Positions 25,503-37,915 of a DNA stretch of 64,000 nt are shown in pieces. The notes below the pieces were generated by a model. The model was given only the letters and a program-made list of their open reading frames with translations, did no database searches and was not told where the DNA came from. Made by a program: the position numbers and the translations under genes. The stretch lies in the NCBI GenBank assembly GCA_965153285.1, contig OZ229111.1, one strand, 5' to 3'. Each line of letters starts with the position of its first letter. The stretch's first letter is position 1. Origin of the DNA: Podarcis tiliguerta. Lineage: Eukaryota.

Positions 25503-25700
25503 AAACAACAACAACAACAACATATTATTTATACCCTGCCCATCTGGCTGGGCTTCCCCAGCCACTCTGGGCGGCTTCCAACAAAATATTAAAATACAGT
25601 AATGCATCAAACATCAAAAGCTTCCCTAAGCAGGGCTGCCTTCAGATGTCTTCTAAAAGTCTGGTAGTTGTTCTTCTCTTTGGTGGGAGGGCATTCCATG
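25503..25700 (-). mobile_element. L2-clade 3' end, same family as 14558-15116
   Basis: Reverse complement of the 14890-15075 sequence; tail has drifted to (TTG)n. Confidence 0.88.
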
Positions 25701-26362
25701 TATACAGCGCATTACAGTAATCCAGTCAGGAGATTACCAGAGCATGACTTGCTGTGGGCCAGACTATCCCCGTCTAGGAATAGCCATCATTGGTAAAACA
25801 GCTAAAGCTGCAAAACAGGCAGGCTTTAGAATAAGAGTTCATATCTGCCAGTGCCCAATCCACTGTAGAGGCTATCACTATGACATATCTGAAGATAAAA
25901 AGGTGGGGTTGGCCTCGTGTATTGACATGACAGCATCATTTTGGCCCTGCATCTGCTAGGGTGCTGTTGCCTTGTCACCCAACGAAATCCATCTCACCAA
26001 GCTTAACTAAAATGAAAGAAAGGGAAGTACCTCTTGCTGTGGCTCTCATCACAGCCATATGAGCCCGAGCATGAATTAGGCTTCAAAGTAATGGGTGAAA
26101 CCGCTGCAAAAATGACTTGATCCTTGGCACTCTCAAACAGGTTGGAAGCATGCCTGCCACCCATATTGCCCAGATTGCAAGAATGTTGAATTGACACTTC
26201 ATCTCCTGAAATATATAAACTGAGTGACCTAAGGGTCTGTTCTCCTAGACTCTACTGGCATTTCCTCAGATTATAGTTTGGTGAGGTTTTGAGTTAGAAT
26301 TTGCATTTTCTTTAGAGGCCTGGTATCTGTGAAACAACATGATGAGCAGCAGCTGAACAAAA

Positions 26363-26467
26363 TTTAGAATAATTACATCGTGGAAGGCACCTCAAAGGCC
26401 ATCAAGTCCAACCCATGCCAAGAAATCCATTGCTACATCATCCCTGATAGGTGACCACCCAACCTTC
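26363..26467 (-). mobile_element. CR1 3' end fragment
   Basis: GGAAGGCACCTCAAAGGCCATCAAGTCCAACCC is the typical antisense CR1 terminus. Confidence 0.6.
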
Positions 26468-27204
26468 TAAACAAGATTATTTGGATGTGGCAGTGCCCAA
26501 CGGAGTACTCTTATCTAGTCTATTCACCTTGCAGTCCAGACAGAATTTCTAGGGAAGTTGTGGCATTAGCTTCGAAGCGCAACATGCCAACTTCAATACA
26601 TACCCTAATGCAGCAATCTGAAATCCACACAGTACTAATCCAATTATGGAAACCACCCTAGAGGTAGAGGAAGTGTAAACATCTTTGCATAGAACTGGGT
26701 TGGCAAAAAAAAAAAAAAAAGATGGACAAATATTTAACTGCAGGAATCTTGGCTTTTCTGGGCTTCATTCCAAAAGATGGAGGGAGTCTCTTTTCTCTCT
26801 TTCTCTCCACCACTCGCAGTATCTTTCCAACAACATGAGCATGGCAAAATTCTGTTAGAAACCCAGCACAGCAAACTATTAATGCCTGGGAGAATAAATA
26901 TGCATTGTCTTACCTTCCCTGAAGGTCTTTGTGTGATGGATTGGCAAGCCCAGGAAAGATGCTTGCAAACCTCTCCGTTTGGTGGGGAGGGGTGGCGGAT
27001 ACAAATTTGCAAATAAAACTGAGCCAAGGGTCTCTTTCCTCCAGGGGTGATTTAGTTGAAAGCAGCAGCATTAGCAAACACTTTTCTCTGTGTGTCTCTA
27101 CTCAAAATTAATGCTTCCCCCCCCCCCAAACACACACAAAAAGTTTCCGGGAACAGGGTAGTTCCTGAAAATAACTCAGTGTGAGCAACTAGCTACAATG
27201 GCAA

Positions 27205-27389
27205 TGTTCTACCTCCACTGTCAGAAACATTGTGCCTCTGAATACTAGTGGCTGGGAATCGCAAGTGGGCAGAGTGTGGTTGCGCTGATGTCCAGTTTGC
27301 CAGCTTCTCACAGGCATCTTGTCTGTCGCTATGAGGACAGCATTCTGAACTTGATGGGCCTGATCCAGCAAGATCTTCTGATGTTCTTA
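27205..27389 (+). mobile_element. CR1 3' end fragment
   Basis: GGCCTGATCCAGCA...TTCTGATGTTCTTA terminus typical of squamate CR1. Confidence 0.6.
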
Positions 27390-28022
27390 GCTGAAACTCA
27401 CACGGAAGCGGCAAATTTGCAATTTGCTCCTAATCTCATGAACTCCAAAGCTCTGGAATTCTTCTTGAAATGGATGAGATGGCCATCTCAGAAATTCTAT
27501 TCGAATCACTCACATCACATGTTTCTGTGCGTATCCAACCATGAGGATTACTGGGGCTGTCGACAAATAGGGGTTGTCTTTCTGCATTATGCATAGGTGA
27601 GGCCTGTGTAGCAGTTGCTACTACAACCTTCTGAGCAATGGGGGTCGGCGGGGGGTGATGAAGGATGGACAAGAAACCTGAATTGACATATGGTCTTGAC
27701 TTCTTCAATGAGCCTGCCTCCCTTCTTTACTTGGGGGTATTGCCTTTTCGCTGCAGCCTCAGCTGCCAAAGGGAGCTGAGGTTCCTAGTGGGCATTGGTA
27801 GGATAGCAGTAAGGGTCCCAAGAAGATGCCCTTTTCATCCCAGGTTGAACAGTCAGCCCTGGTTGTTGTTGTTGTGTACACATGCCTGAACACACAGTGT
27901 TCCCTTTCTGCAAAAACCCCATCATCCAATGTTTTAAATTTTCTAGTTAAGAGGCCAGAGTTTTATAGTCTCATGCCTCTTGCTGACATATAAGGCAGAT
28001 CTTGTATATTCCTATTTTAGTA

Positions 28023-28252
28023 CAGTGGTACCTTGGTTTGCAACCGTTTTGGATTACAACCGTTTTGGATTACAACCATGTCAAACCCAGAAGTGTGTGT
28101 CCTCTTTTTTTGGATTACAACCCTTTTTTAATTATTATTACAACCAATTTTGGGGGGAGGCCCAATGGCGAAAGCGCGCCTTGGGTTACAACCTGTTTTG
28201 GTTTACAACCGGACCTCCGGAACGGATTATTGTTGTAAACCAAGGTACAATG
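28023..28252. mobile_element. pogo/Tigger-like MITE, second family (GGATTACAACC repeats)
   Basis: TA|CAGTGGTACCTTGGTTT ... AAACCAAGGTACAATG; same terminal motif as the main family but a different interior. Confidence 0.8.
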
Positions 28253-29325
28253 ATTGTCTGCAGTGTGAGTCAGGGCTCATCCAGACTTGTGCTTGTCCCC
28301 TGCCTAGAAAATGTGTATGGGTCCAAGTTATTTTTCCCCTTGCTCTGTCACTTTCCCTGGGAAAACCAGTTCTTTATCAATAAATAGGAGAAAACCCTAT
28401 TGATGTTTGGTCTGTTTCAGTGGTAAAGATTAGGTTTCTGTGGGGGAAAGTCCGGATGAGCCTGCAGAATAATAGTTATTTTAATTAAATGTGCATACTA
28501 CCCTTCATCCGCAGATCTCAGGTTGGTTCACAACCTCTCTGGCAGCAAAGAGGGGAGCTGTGGTGCAGTTCGGACCTGCGTTAATTTCAACGGAAGCGTT
28601 TTTAACATACATATTATGCCAGGGTGAAGGCAGGCATGGACAGTAAAAATTGGTACAGATGGACTATTGGCACTCCTACTAAGCTATGCTTCTTTTCCAT
28701 CACAGCGCCACATTTCCCTCCTTGTTACTTCCCTACAATTGTAACAGTTTTGTCTTCGGCAAGGGTGCTGCTGTGCCAACATAGGTTTGGCCTTTGCTGG
28801 AAGATAGAAGCATTCCTTCCCACTTTCTCTTGAGTCTAACCAGGGGATAGGGATTGTGGTGAGTTACAAGAGAGAAGTAGATGGCAGTTTGACAGTGCAG
28901 CTGTGACAGTATCCGTGAATTATTTACTTGGTTCTGTATTTGTGCACTGAGGTGCAATATACATCAGTCATTGGGATTTGTATTATTAACTCCTTCTTTG
29001 GGTAGACATATGTGAAAGCTATGTGTTATACTAGAATATTTGGTGATATGGGTGAATCTAGGAGGAATGTTTGGTTATAGAAATTCCCAGTGCCCACGTC
29101 TTCTCTGCATCAGGCAAACTTTTCTCTTCTCTCTTGCACTTCTTTGCTGTGCCCTCGGTATTACTGCTTATTCCTGGAGGGCCACAAGTTTGCCGCTAGT
29201 GGTGTAGAAAAGTTTAGCCTAATTAATATTCTTTATCCTAAGTGATAGTGTTGAGATAAGGTGTCTATACAGGTTCTGGCAAAGCAAATTTATTTCTTCA
29301 TAAAAATAAATCATTCACCCTGGCT

Positions 29326-29551
29326 GTTTGGATTTGACATCCCACTTTATCACTACCCTAAGGAGTCTCAAAGTGGCTAACATTCTCCTTTTCCTTCCTC
29401 CCCCACAACAAACACTCTGTGAGGTGAGTGGGGCTGGGAGACTTCAAAGAAGTGTGACTGGCCCAAGGTCACCCAGCAGCTGCATGTGGAGGAGCAGAGA
29501 CGCGAACCTGGTTCACCAGATTACAAGTCTACCACTCTTAACCACACTGGC
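29326..29551 (-). mobile_element. Squam3-type SINE lacking its microsatellite tail
   Basis: Matches the copies at 17093-17362 and 35454-35745. Confidence 0.88.
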
Positions 29552-30710
29552 TGTTGGGCATTTGGTTTTTGAACAAAGTGTTTCCTCAGTTCAAAGTGTC
29601 TTAGAACCCAAAGGATCACTACCAAGTTCTTTTCTTGTGGCTTCCTGGTTTTCTGACCAGGGGAGTAGAATGATGTATCCCTAGGCTGTATCCCCTGAGA
29701 GGGTTTATAGTTCCCTGGGGCTGTGTGGTGATTGGCTGCAGAGTTAGTCTGAATCATACCTTCAGAATCATATGGAGGTGCAGAAAAGAAGTACAGTAGT
29801 AGGGATGTTGTCTAGGGGCCTTCTAATGACATCAGGGGGAGTGTTTTAACTTTTATCTTCTGCTTTGCAGGTGAAATATGAGACGAGAAATAATCCCTTA
29901 TAGGATTCCCCACTTTTATTCCAGCTCTGCTACACTCTCAATTCTGCACAGTTTTCTTCCTTGTGCTAATGAAGTCAGTATTACTGTACTGTCATGTTCC
30001 CCACCTTTGCCAGCAAAGCATTATGATGGATTGGCTCAAGGGGGTTTTAAATGTGATCCTGCCTGCCCAGTAGTTATAACTCGGGGACAGGATCACTTTG
30101 GAATAGCTCTCCGTAGCTCAAAAGCTTGTACATTCATACAATAGCAAGAAACTGTCCTAGGGAAAAATTATCTTACCTATTTGCATATCTGCTCTCAGAA
30201 GCCAGCATTGTCTTTATTAACTGTGCAGTGAAACACCAGCCTCTGTAGCTCCAAGGATGCCATTATCTCTTTTTAACCACAAATTGCAATCAACTTCCTC
30301 TTGTGATTTCCTTTCAATACCCATTTAGAATGTATATAAACAAGATCTGCAGACAGAATTCTAACTGGAGCCCGCAAACTCAATTCAGATTAACGAAGGG
30401 CTGAAGAGTCTCAGACAATTCAGTTTGCCATACATTATCCAGCCAGTACAGAGGCATTGCGTTTCAGGAACCATTGACTCTCAGTCAAAGTGAGATGGCC
30501 AGCAGTTAATTAAAATATAACCTAGCTGGCCATAGAAATGCTGTATTAGCTTTTCCAACTATGTCATTTGACTTGCAGTTGAATGATGACATAGGGCCAG
30601 TTCACATATGGCCACTCTGTTCGTTGCTGGCTCTTCCCCCCCCCCCTTTTTTTTTGGAAAGCCAAACTCACATCGAGCATGGCAGACAGGTAGTCTGAAA
30701 TGTGCTGATG

Positions 30711-30711
<1 letters not shown>

Positions 30712-30749
<38 letters not shown>

Positions 30750-31051
30750 TTATTATTTATACCCCGCCCATCTGGCTGGGTTTCCCCAGCCACTCTGGGC
30801 GGCTTCCAACAAAACACTAAAATACAATAACCTATTAAACATTAAAAGCTTCCCTAAACAGGGCTGCCTTAAAGTTTGGTAGTTATTTTTCTCTTTGACA
30901 TCTGGTGGGAGGGCGTTCCGCAGGGCTGGTGCCACTACCGAGAAGGCCCTCTGCCTGGTTCCCTGTAACTTGGCTTCTTGCAGTGAGGGAACTGCCAGAA
31001 GACCCTCGGCGCTGGACCTCAGTGTCTGGGCAGAACGATGGAGGTGGAGAC
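30712..31051 (-). mobile_element. L2-clade 3' end with (TTA)n tail
   Basis: Reverse complement of 14760-15116; short GATGA flanking repeat. Confidence 0.9.
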
Positions 31052-31644
31052 GATGAACAGAGTAAACATTTTGATGTGCAATTCAACCCACATCAGGAAA
31101 GTTTGAGATGCCGTGCCAGAATTGTGACTTCTACTTGTGATTCGGACAACTTGTTCAGCTCATGTGTGGTGTGGTCTGTTTCAGAAAATGTGGAAAGTTG
31201 TTTCCAGAGTAGTCATTTCATTTGCCCATTACACCCCGAGCCTATTCCAGAAGTATATGTAATATATACATCTCTCTACGGGTGTGGGGGCATGTTAAAA
31301 AAAATCAAGAGAGTGTATTTTTTGTCACTATGTAATTAGCATCTAGCATCCAACTGGCATAATATTCCCACATTCTCAAATATATGAAAATGAGAAAACT
31401 TGTTATTGTAGCTAAAAATGCATTTTGAGGGAAACATTCATGGCACCACCATCCCCATGTGTGCACAGGGAGGGAACTGATGCAATTCATAATGGTTTAG
31501 CACATTTTATCCATTCCTGTCCCAGTACAAATACCCCTGCATTTCCTGCACACGAATGCTTCCACTTTCGTGTTCCTCCCACCCACCCAAAATTGTACCA
31601 TTGGGCTATGCACCCATACAATTATTATTTAGCAATACATTGAC

Positions 31645-31770
31645 TGTGGGGAGATATGATAGCCATCTTCAACTATTTAAAGGGCTGTCACATGGAAGAT
31701 GGAGCAAGCTTGTTTTTTCTGCTCTGGAGGGTAGGACCCAAACCAATGACTTCAAGTGACAAGAAAGGGA
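31645..31770 (+). mobile_element. CR1 ORF2 C-terminal fragment
   Basis: DMIAIFNYLKGCHMEDGASLF followed by GRTQTNDFK, the CR1 C-terminal motif. Confidence 0.8.
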
Positions 31771-31799
31771 GGGGCCTATGCTGTGATAATGAAGTAGAT

Positions 31800-32320
31800 T
31801 GTGGCGATCACACACAGGGCCCCCGGACGTTTGACGGTCTATTGACCCTGTGCCACCACTGCGATTGCTTTTTCCGCTGCCACCACTCCGTATCTTACAG
31901 GGACATACGGAGTCCAGTCAGTTGTTAACATAAACAAATAATCAAGTTTATTTTTAAATGCAGGAACAAGCTTATGGTTACAGTTAATTTTTCTCTTGTC
32001 AGTTTCTTATTCTTAGTTCCTAACAACTCCAAACTGATTATTCCAACTATCTATCTGACTCCACCTAACAATTCCTCTCACTCTCTCACAGTACAACTCT
32101 AAAAACCCACACCTAAACCTCCCTCTTCCTTCTTCAACTCCCAAACCTCAACTCTCAACTCCCAAACCTCAACCTCAACTCCCAAACCTCAACTCAACTC
32201 AACTCACTTTCCAAACCTCCCACTCTAACTTTTATTCCCCCCTTGCATTCTCACTGGCCAATCACATCACACCTATTTTAACCCTTTCCTTATGACCCAT
32301 CCTAGGAGGCAAACGCCACA
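31800..32320 (-). mobile_element. Solo LTR (Gypsy/ERV type)
   Basis: Ends TGTGGCG...CGCCACA (7-bp inverted); perfect 5-bp TSD TAGAT at 31795-31799 and 32321-32325; minus-strand ATTGG box (about 32258), TATA-like AATAAAA (about 32232) and poly(A)-signal-like AATAAA (about 31947). Confidence 0.9.
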
Positions 32321-33511
32321 TAGATCAACAGAGCTTAACTTGGTTTTGAAGTAACTTCTGTTTAACAATTTGAAAACTTTGCTTCTCAGCAAAGGAGCTC
32401 AGCAAAGGAGCCTGATGGACAATGATAATGATGTTTTATTTATATGGATCAGGTCAATGTCCCATTGAGCCCAGCATTCTGTTCTCACAGTGGCCAATCA
32501 GACGTCTGTAGGAAGTTCGCAAGCTGAAGTTTCCAACAAGTTTGTTATCTCAGGTTGCAAGCTATGACTTTGTCCATGATAGCAAGGACAGTGAGCACTT
32601 AGTGGTTGGCAACTTAGCAATTTCTTCTTTTTCTGAAGCTAAAACCAGCATCTTAGGATTGATGGAGCACTTTGGCACCACTGCCCGTTATCTAACCAAT
32701 GCAGTCTTAACATTTATAAGAGACTGGGGTAGGAGGTGGGCGTTAACCAACCCAAAAAGAAGTTATATCTTGAGCTTTAGGATCCTGCAGCCTTTGTCAT
32801 ATTGCTGAAGAGGCAAACATTCTTTAATGGCTGCACTTGGATCAGGATGAAATCCATCAATTAGCAGAGATAAGCATGCTATCACACTTATTTGGGCTAT
32901 TCCTGTAAATCTTTACTTAATGATCTATTGGGCACTGTAAAAAAACACCACAATTGCATTTTCAATGACCGTTAATTTAAGTGATCAATTCCTTTAAGGA
33001 ATACTTTAATTGCATACTGTAATACTAAACAAAGACAGCAACCTGCATCATAAGCAAGTGCGTGGCCAAGACTGCTGCTGTTGATGTGTTTGTTTGTTGT
33101 TTTTTTTTAAAAAAAGTGGGATGCTCAGGATTGCCAAGATGCAGGTTCAGACTCACCTTGAAGAATATCCGCATAGTGACTGCATAGCCAGTGAATCAAA
33201 TGATAGCAGGAAGTTCCCTAAATGGATTGCTGGAAGGTTCTCAGAAATCAAAGCATGGAGCATCACATGGAAATTAAAAGACAATTTCTCGACACAGAAA
33301 ATTTAGGCCCCCTCACTTGTCTTAGATATTCCAGCCACTTTCAGTGAACTGTGAATCTGTTTTTGCCCGTTTCCAGGTTTAAGGTGATGGTGGGGAAGAA
33401 GTTGAAATAACTCCCTCATGGCTTCCTCTCTTGGATCTTACATAAAAAATGCAAAGACCCAAACCCTATTCAGACATTCAAAAGCCATCAAGTAATAAAG
33501 AACTATTCTCT

Positions 33512-33791
33512 CTGGCAATCACTCATAACTGAGTAAGATTGTCTTCCATAAACGTGGTTTGAACAATGAGTCCATAAGTGACTGTGGAGGCCAATTCTGG
33601 ATCCACACGTCCTTCCACAGTGGGGACATTGGTTTCCGGGCAGGGGTTGATCATGGTGCGGGTTTATCAAGCATGCCTTCCTCTTAGCATGTCACTCCCT
33701 TTTGTCGTGAGTTTGAGGGTCTTCAAAGCCCATGACACCTTTGGTAAAGGCTGTTCTCCAATTGGAGCGCTTGCAGGCCAGTGTTTCCCAG
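33512..33791 (-). mobile_element. RTE-clade (non-BovB) LINE 3' end with C2H2-like finger
   Basis: Minus strand reads WETLACKRSNWRTAFTKGVMGFED, then after a frameshift NQCPHCGRTCGSRIGLHSHLWTH. Confidence 0.88.
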
Positions 33792-35004
33792 TTGTCGGGA
33801 CAGTAGGGACACATAACAAAAGAGGGGACAGGACCTTTCAGGAAGGAAAAGGAGCATATTCAGACCACTGCATGAGGCAGTTACAGGGGCAGTTAGGCTG
33901 GTGAAGAGGTGCTCACTTGTTCACCTTTCCCTCTGATGAAGCACGTAGGGATTTCTCCCTCCCCACCTACCTAAACTGTGAGAAATCTTTATCTGCCACA
34001 CAGTTATGAATGTCATGATGGTCACCTTCAGGTCAAGAATTGACAGGTATGATAGCAAGTGAGAAGGAGCAGAGTCTGAAGAGCAAGTTGTGGCTCTTTG
34101 TGCTCAGTGGCCAAATACAGCTCCACAGATGAAAGGTCTGGTGCCTTAAACTGGAAATAATATGGGCCATCGAGAAAATATTCCTTTCTCAGAGCGTGGA
34201 CAAGGCGGGAGAGCCACATGAGGTTCAAAGGTGAGCTTTTTAATCACCAGTGCCTCTCCAAGCAGCAAAGCACCCAAGCTGTGCTTGATCACATAGTTCA
34301 GATTTACCATATCTGTTGTTTTGGATTACAGCTCAGCCCTATCCATTACTATCATGTGTCACTTTGGAACATCCTCTAGACAACCCTACTTTGCTTAAAG
34401 GCATAAAAATGTCTTTTGCTGACTCATTAGGACTTTTTATCATCATTACTATGATCTTTAAATCATTTTTGTGTGCAGCAAATTTGGAATTAACTTATTG
34501 TAGACGAATGACCATTAAGTAAGGGGGAAATTGCCTTACTTCTGTGTGCCTTAGCAACAGTGATTTTGCTCTCCTGTTGCCATAACAACTGCAGCCTGCA
34601 CATCAAGGTCACCAAACCCACTTTGCTTTCTGCCTGCAGCTACATCTGATGCCTTCCCTCTATGCCTCCTTTTATTGTAGATTTCATGAAGGATGGCTTG
34701 TTAGGAAACACACTTTTTCCACCTGGCATGTAAAGCAGACATAGGAAGACGAGGGTTTGCTGAACCATATTTAAGCACCTGATGTCTTGAGTAGCACTGA
34801 TATGGTTTTAACCGGGAAATGGCCTCAGGGCGGGTGGGGAAGATCCTCAATTCAATATAATTCCTTTTAAAGTAAAGCACAAGCAAATCACATACATCTA
34901 AACAAACAGAGATGGAAATTGAATTTGCAATTTACAGCATGAAACGTTTAGTGTAGTTTCCCCCTCCAATTAAAACCATAAAATTATTCTCTCTACTGAA
35001 CATT

Positions 35005-35187
35005 GGAAACTGCATTATTCTGGCTTAGACCAGTGGTCCATCTATGTGGTATACTGAGTGGAAGTGGCTCTTAAGGGTTTCAGACAAGGTACATTCCTAG
35101 GCCTGCCTGGAGATTTTTGGGATGGACTCTGGGACAATCTTCTGCATGAAAGGCAGATATACTATCACTGAGCTATGCTCCTTCCCC
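35005..35187 (-). mobile_element. Degraded tRNA-headed SINE related to 12226-12365
   Basis: Reverse complement begins GGGGAAGGAGCATAGCTCAGTGATAG...TCTGCCTTTCATGCAGAAG. Confidence 0.65.
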
Positions 35188-35453
35188 AAATAAGGGAGGA
35201 ATCAGTGAGCCTTCCCTTTTATTTGGCTGTCTTGTTTCACACATTACAGAACATTTGTTACTCTCTTAGTATAAACTGTTTCCTCTCAAATCACCTCATG
35301 TATCTCATATTTGCATTCATTTTTTTAACCTACCATGGCACCACCCTGGCTTGGCAAGTTTCCATCCAATCTTTTCTCTCAGGTCAATTAGAATCTAGGC
35401 TTTTAGAAAATGCAAATTCCCACTTTGAAAAAAATATTAGGTACGTCTTTTGG

Positions 35454-35745
35454 GGAGCCAGTGTGGTGTAGTGGTTAAGAGTGGTAGACTCGTAATCTGG
35501 TGAACCGAGTTCGCTTCCCCGCTCCTCCACCTGCAGCTGCTGGGTGACCTTGGGCTAGTCACACTTCTTTGAAGTCTCTCAGCCCCACTCACCTCACAGA
35601 GTGTTTGTTGTGGGGGAGGAAGGGAAAGGAGATTGTTAGACACTTTGAGACTCCTTAGGGTAATGATAAAGCGGGATATCAAATCCAAACTCCTCTTCTT
35701 CTTCTTCTTCTTCTTCTTCTTCTTCTTCTTCTTCTTCTTCTTCTT
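35454..35745 (+). mobile_element. Squam3-type SINE, full length with (CTT)n tail
   Basis: tRNA-like head GGAGCCAGTGTGGTGTAGTGGTTAAGAG, CORE-like CAGCTGCTGGGTGACCTTGGG, (CTT) x about 17; TSD TCTTTTGG. Confidence 0.92.
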
Positions 35746-36189
35746 CTTTTGGCTAGTCTGAAGGATACACAGAACACCCATCAAATGCCACATGGGTGGT
35801 GTTTGGGACAAACTGAAAACTAAGAAAATATCTACCAAAAGAGAATATTTAAATTATTAAACTGGGAGCTTTTCCTCTCACCCGCCCCTGCCTTCCCATC
35901 TTTCCACAATGGTTTGCAACAGCTCATCATGGATGTCAAGGTTTCCACAGAAGGATGAGAGAAGGAAAGTGGGAAATGTATAATGTAAGGGTCTGTATGC
36001 AGCCAGCAGGCTCATTTGCATACGGTTCTGTGGAGAGGGAGTTGAGAGGGTGGAATTTTCAACTTGTGTGACAGTTGAAATGACAGTTACAACAGTTTTC
36101 CCTAAACTGAGGGCTCAGGCAGTGTGTAAGGGGAGCGTTACCTGAACACCTCAGAAAAGTAAGAATGAAAACTCAGCCTCGCCTCATCA

Positions 36190-36560
36190 CGCTTCCATGC
36201 TGAAATTCAGGTTCATCCAATAAAATTGGCTCACAGGACTTTGGGGGACAAACAAAGGAAAGCACTTATTCACACAACTCATAAATGGTTTGTGGAATTC
36301 ACATCCAGCCGATGCAGTGACAACCACAAGCTAGAATGGCTTTAAAGCAGGGGTAGGGAAAACTGTGGTTCTGCAGATGTTGTTCGATTACAACTGCCCT
36401 AACAGTCACATGCAGCATGGCCAATGGTCAAGAGTGATGGGAATTGCTGCCTAGCATCTTGAGGACCTAACATCTTGAGGACCACAGTTTCTCCCACGCC
36501 TGCTTTAAGACAAATGTATGGAGGACTGGTCTACCAGTGTCTATTAGTTATGATGACCAA
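36190..36560 (+). mobile_element. CR1 3' fragment interrupted by a hAT MITE at 36348-36502
   Basis: CR1 text GACAAACAAAGGAAAGCACTT...TGTGGAATTCAC...GGCTTTAA resumes as GACAAATGTATGGAGGA; the MITE has CAGG.GT.GG inverted ends and flanks CTTTAAAG / CTTTAAGA. Confidence 0.75.
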
Positions 36561-36699
36561 GTGTAATCATTAGTTTCTGGGATCAATTGAAAGTGATGCT
36601 CAGGATGAGGTCAGGGACTGACTCTCCATGAACCTGACATCATCACTGTTAATTTTTAGGTGCCAAGCTAAGCTATCTTCAGTTGCTCAGGCCTTTGGT

Positions 36700-37074
36700 G
36701 GTTCGGTCCGCCTCGACTGTGAGGCTCTTTAACCTGGGAAGGTAGCTCATCTAGGAGAAGGAAAACCCTGATCCTGAATCTCCGCTGCCTTGTAGGATAT
36801 CTTTGGGAGAAATAAAGGCTAAGGAGTAAACCCTACGGAAATCCAGAGTGGAGTCCCTTGTACACTTGTGCCAAACGTATTGCTCGGCTTTCCTTTAGAC
36901 CAAATCAGCAAGGTTGAGAGGGGGGTCTTGTCATCTGGGCAGCCCAGGACCTCCTGACACACTGCCCAAGCTTGCACTCCAGGGAGGTTCACTTCAGTGC
37001 TGCTAACGCAGCCATTTGACTTCACCCCCAGAAGCACACTCCATGCTCTCTTGAGACAGATAGATGCCAACAAC
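36700..37074 (+). mobile_element. Probable non-autonomous RTE-derived element (5' UTR joined to 3' end)
   Basis: TCTAGGAGAAGGAAAACCCTGA...CTCCGCTGCCTTG motif recalled from RTE 5' UTRs; RTE-like terminus GAGACAGATAGATGCC(AAC)n; no ORF. Confidence 0.5.
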
Positions 37075-37915
37075 TGTGGTGCTCATCTTTTAGTGAGGCA
37101 CAATAGGGCCTGTCCATATTGCGTTGATGGAGGAGCATTCTAGGAATTTTGCATTGGACATGGCTTTAAAATTTCTGATCTTTTATTTACTTTATCTGTA
37201 TTTTACGATGTTAAGTCATTTCGATACATTATTTTGGATACTATTGCAACTAAACAAATGCATGCAGAAGGAGAAGAGGGGGCAGCCCCATTGTGCTAAG
37301 GGAAATCGTTGCACTGACTTCCACTTGGGCAATGACGTAGTTGCTTTTAATAAGATGCAGACCGCTTGGAAACCCTTTGCATTAGTGGTCTATAAATTAC
37401 CATCACTCGTTAAAATATATAATAAATAAATAATCTTCGTGGGAATACCAGCTGCTGCAGACAAACAGTGGGAGCTTTCTATTGACTTCATATCCTACTA
37501 GGCAATTTATGAAATCACCAGGGAAGTAGGAAGCTGGGCTTGTTCTGATACAGCAACGTTCATCTTATGTTCATACACGTAAAGGGTTTTGTCTTTGTTT
37601 GGCAGGGTGGGTGGGAATTGTTTTGAGTGAGTGACTTAGAGTTTGGTGCCAGTGCTAGAGGTCAGGGCCCACTAGTACACATCCAGTAATGTTCAAGGCC
37701 AGATGCAAAGCTTTTAGTGGCTGCGTTGCAGTTGATAGTTGCTTGAATGCTACAATAGGCTGTAAGCGTGGATGCCAAATCAGGCCAAGGCTACTAAATG
37801 TGTTTAAAGTAACAAACCCATCTCTATAAAATTCACACAGACAACCTAGGAAACCCTAGCACAAGCACATGGCAGGAACGTAATGTGGGGTCTACTTAAT
37901 GGAAATTCCAGAGAA

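Noticed and set aside
25062-25610. 182-aa ORF as a gene
   Set aside because: Chance read-through from an L2 3' UTR and microsatellite tail into an independently inserted BovB fragment that has its own TSD.
30686-30699. 14-nt minus-strand match (TTCAGACTACCTGT) to the 3' part of miR-199-5p
   Set aside because: Seed region does not match and there is no 3p arm or hairpin.
33932-33955. CTGATGA hammerhead-ribozyme core (also at about 17903 and 54544)
   Set aside because: No stem II followed by GAAA and no stem III with an NUH cleavage triplet.
35437-35838. 133-aa ORF with a poly-Lys tract
   Set aside because: Antisense translation of a SINE's (CTT)n tail.
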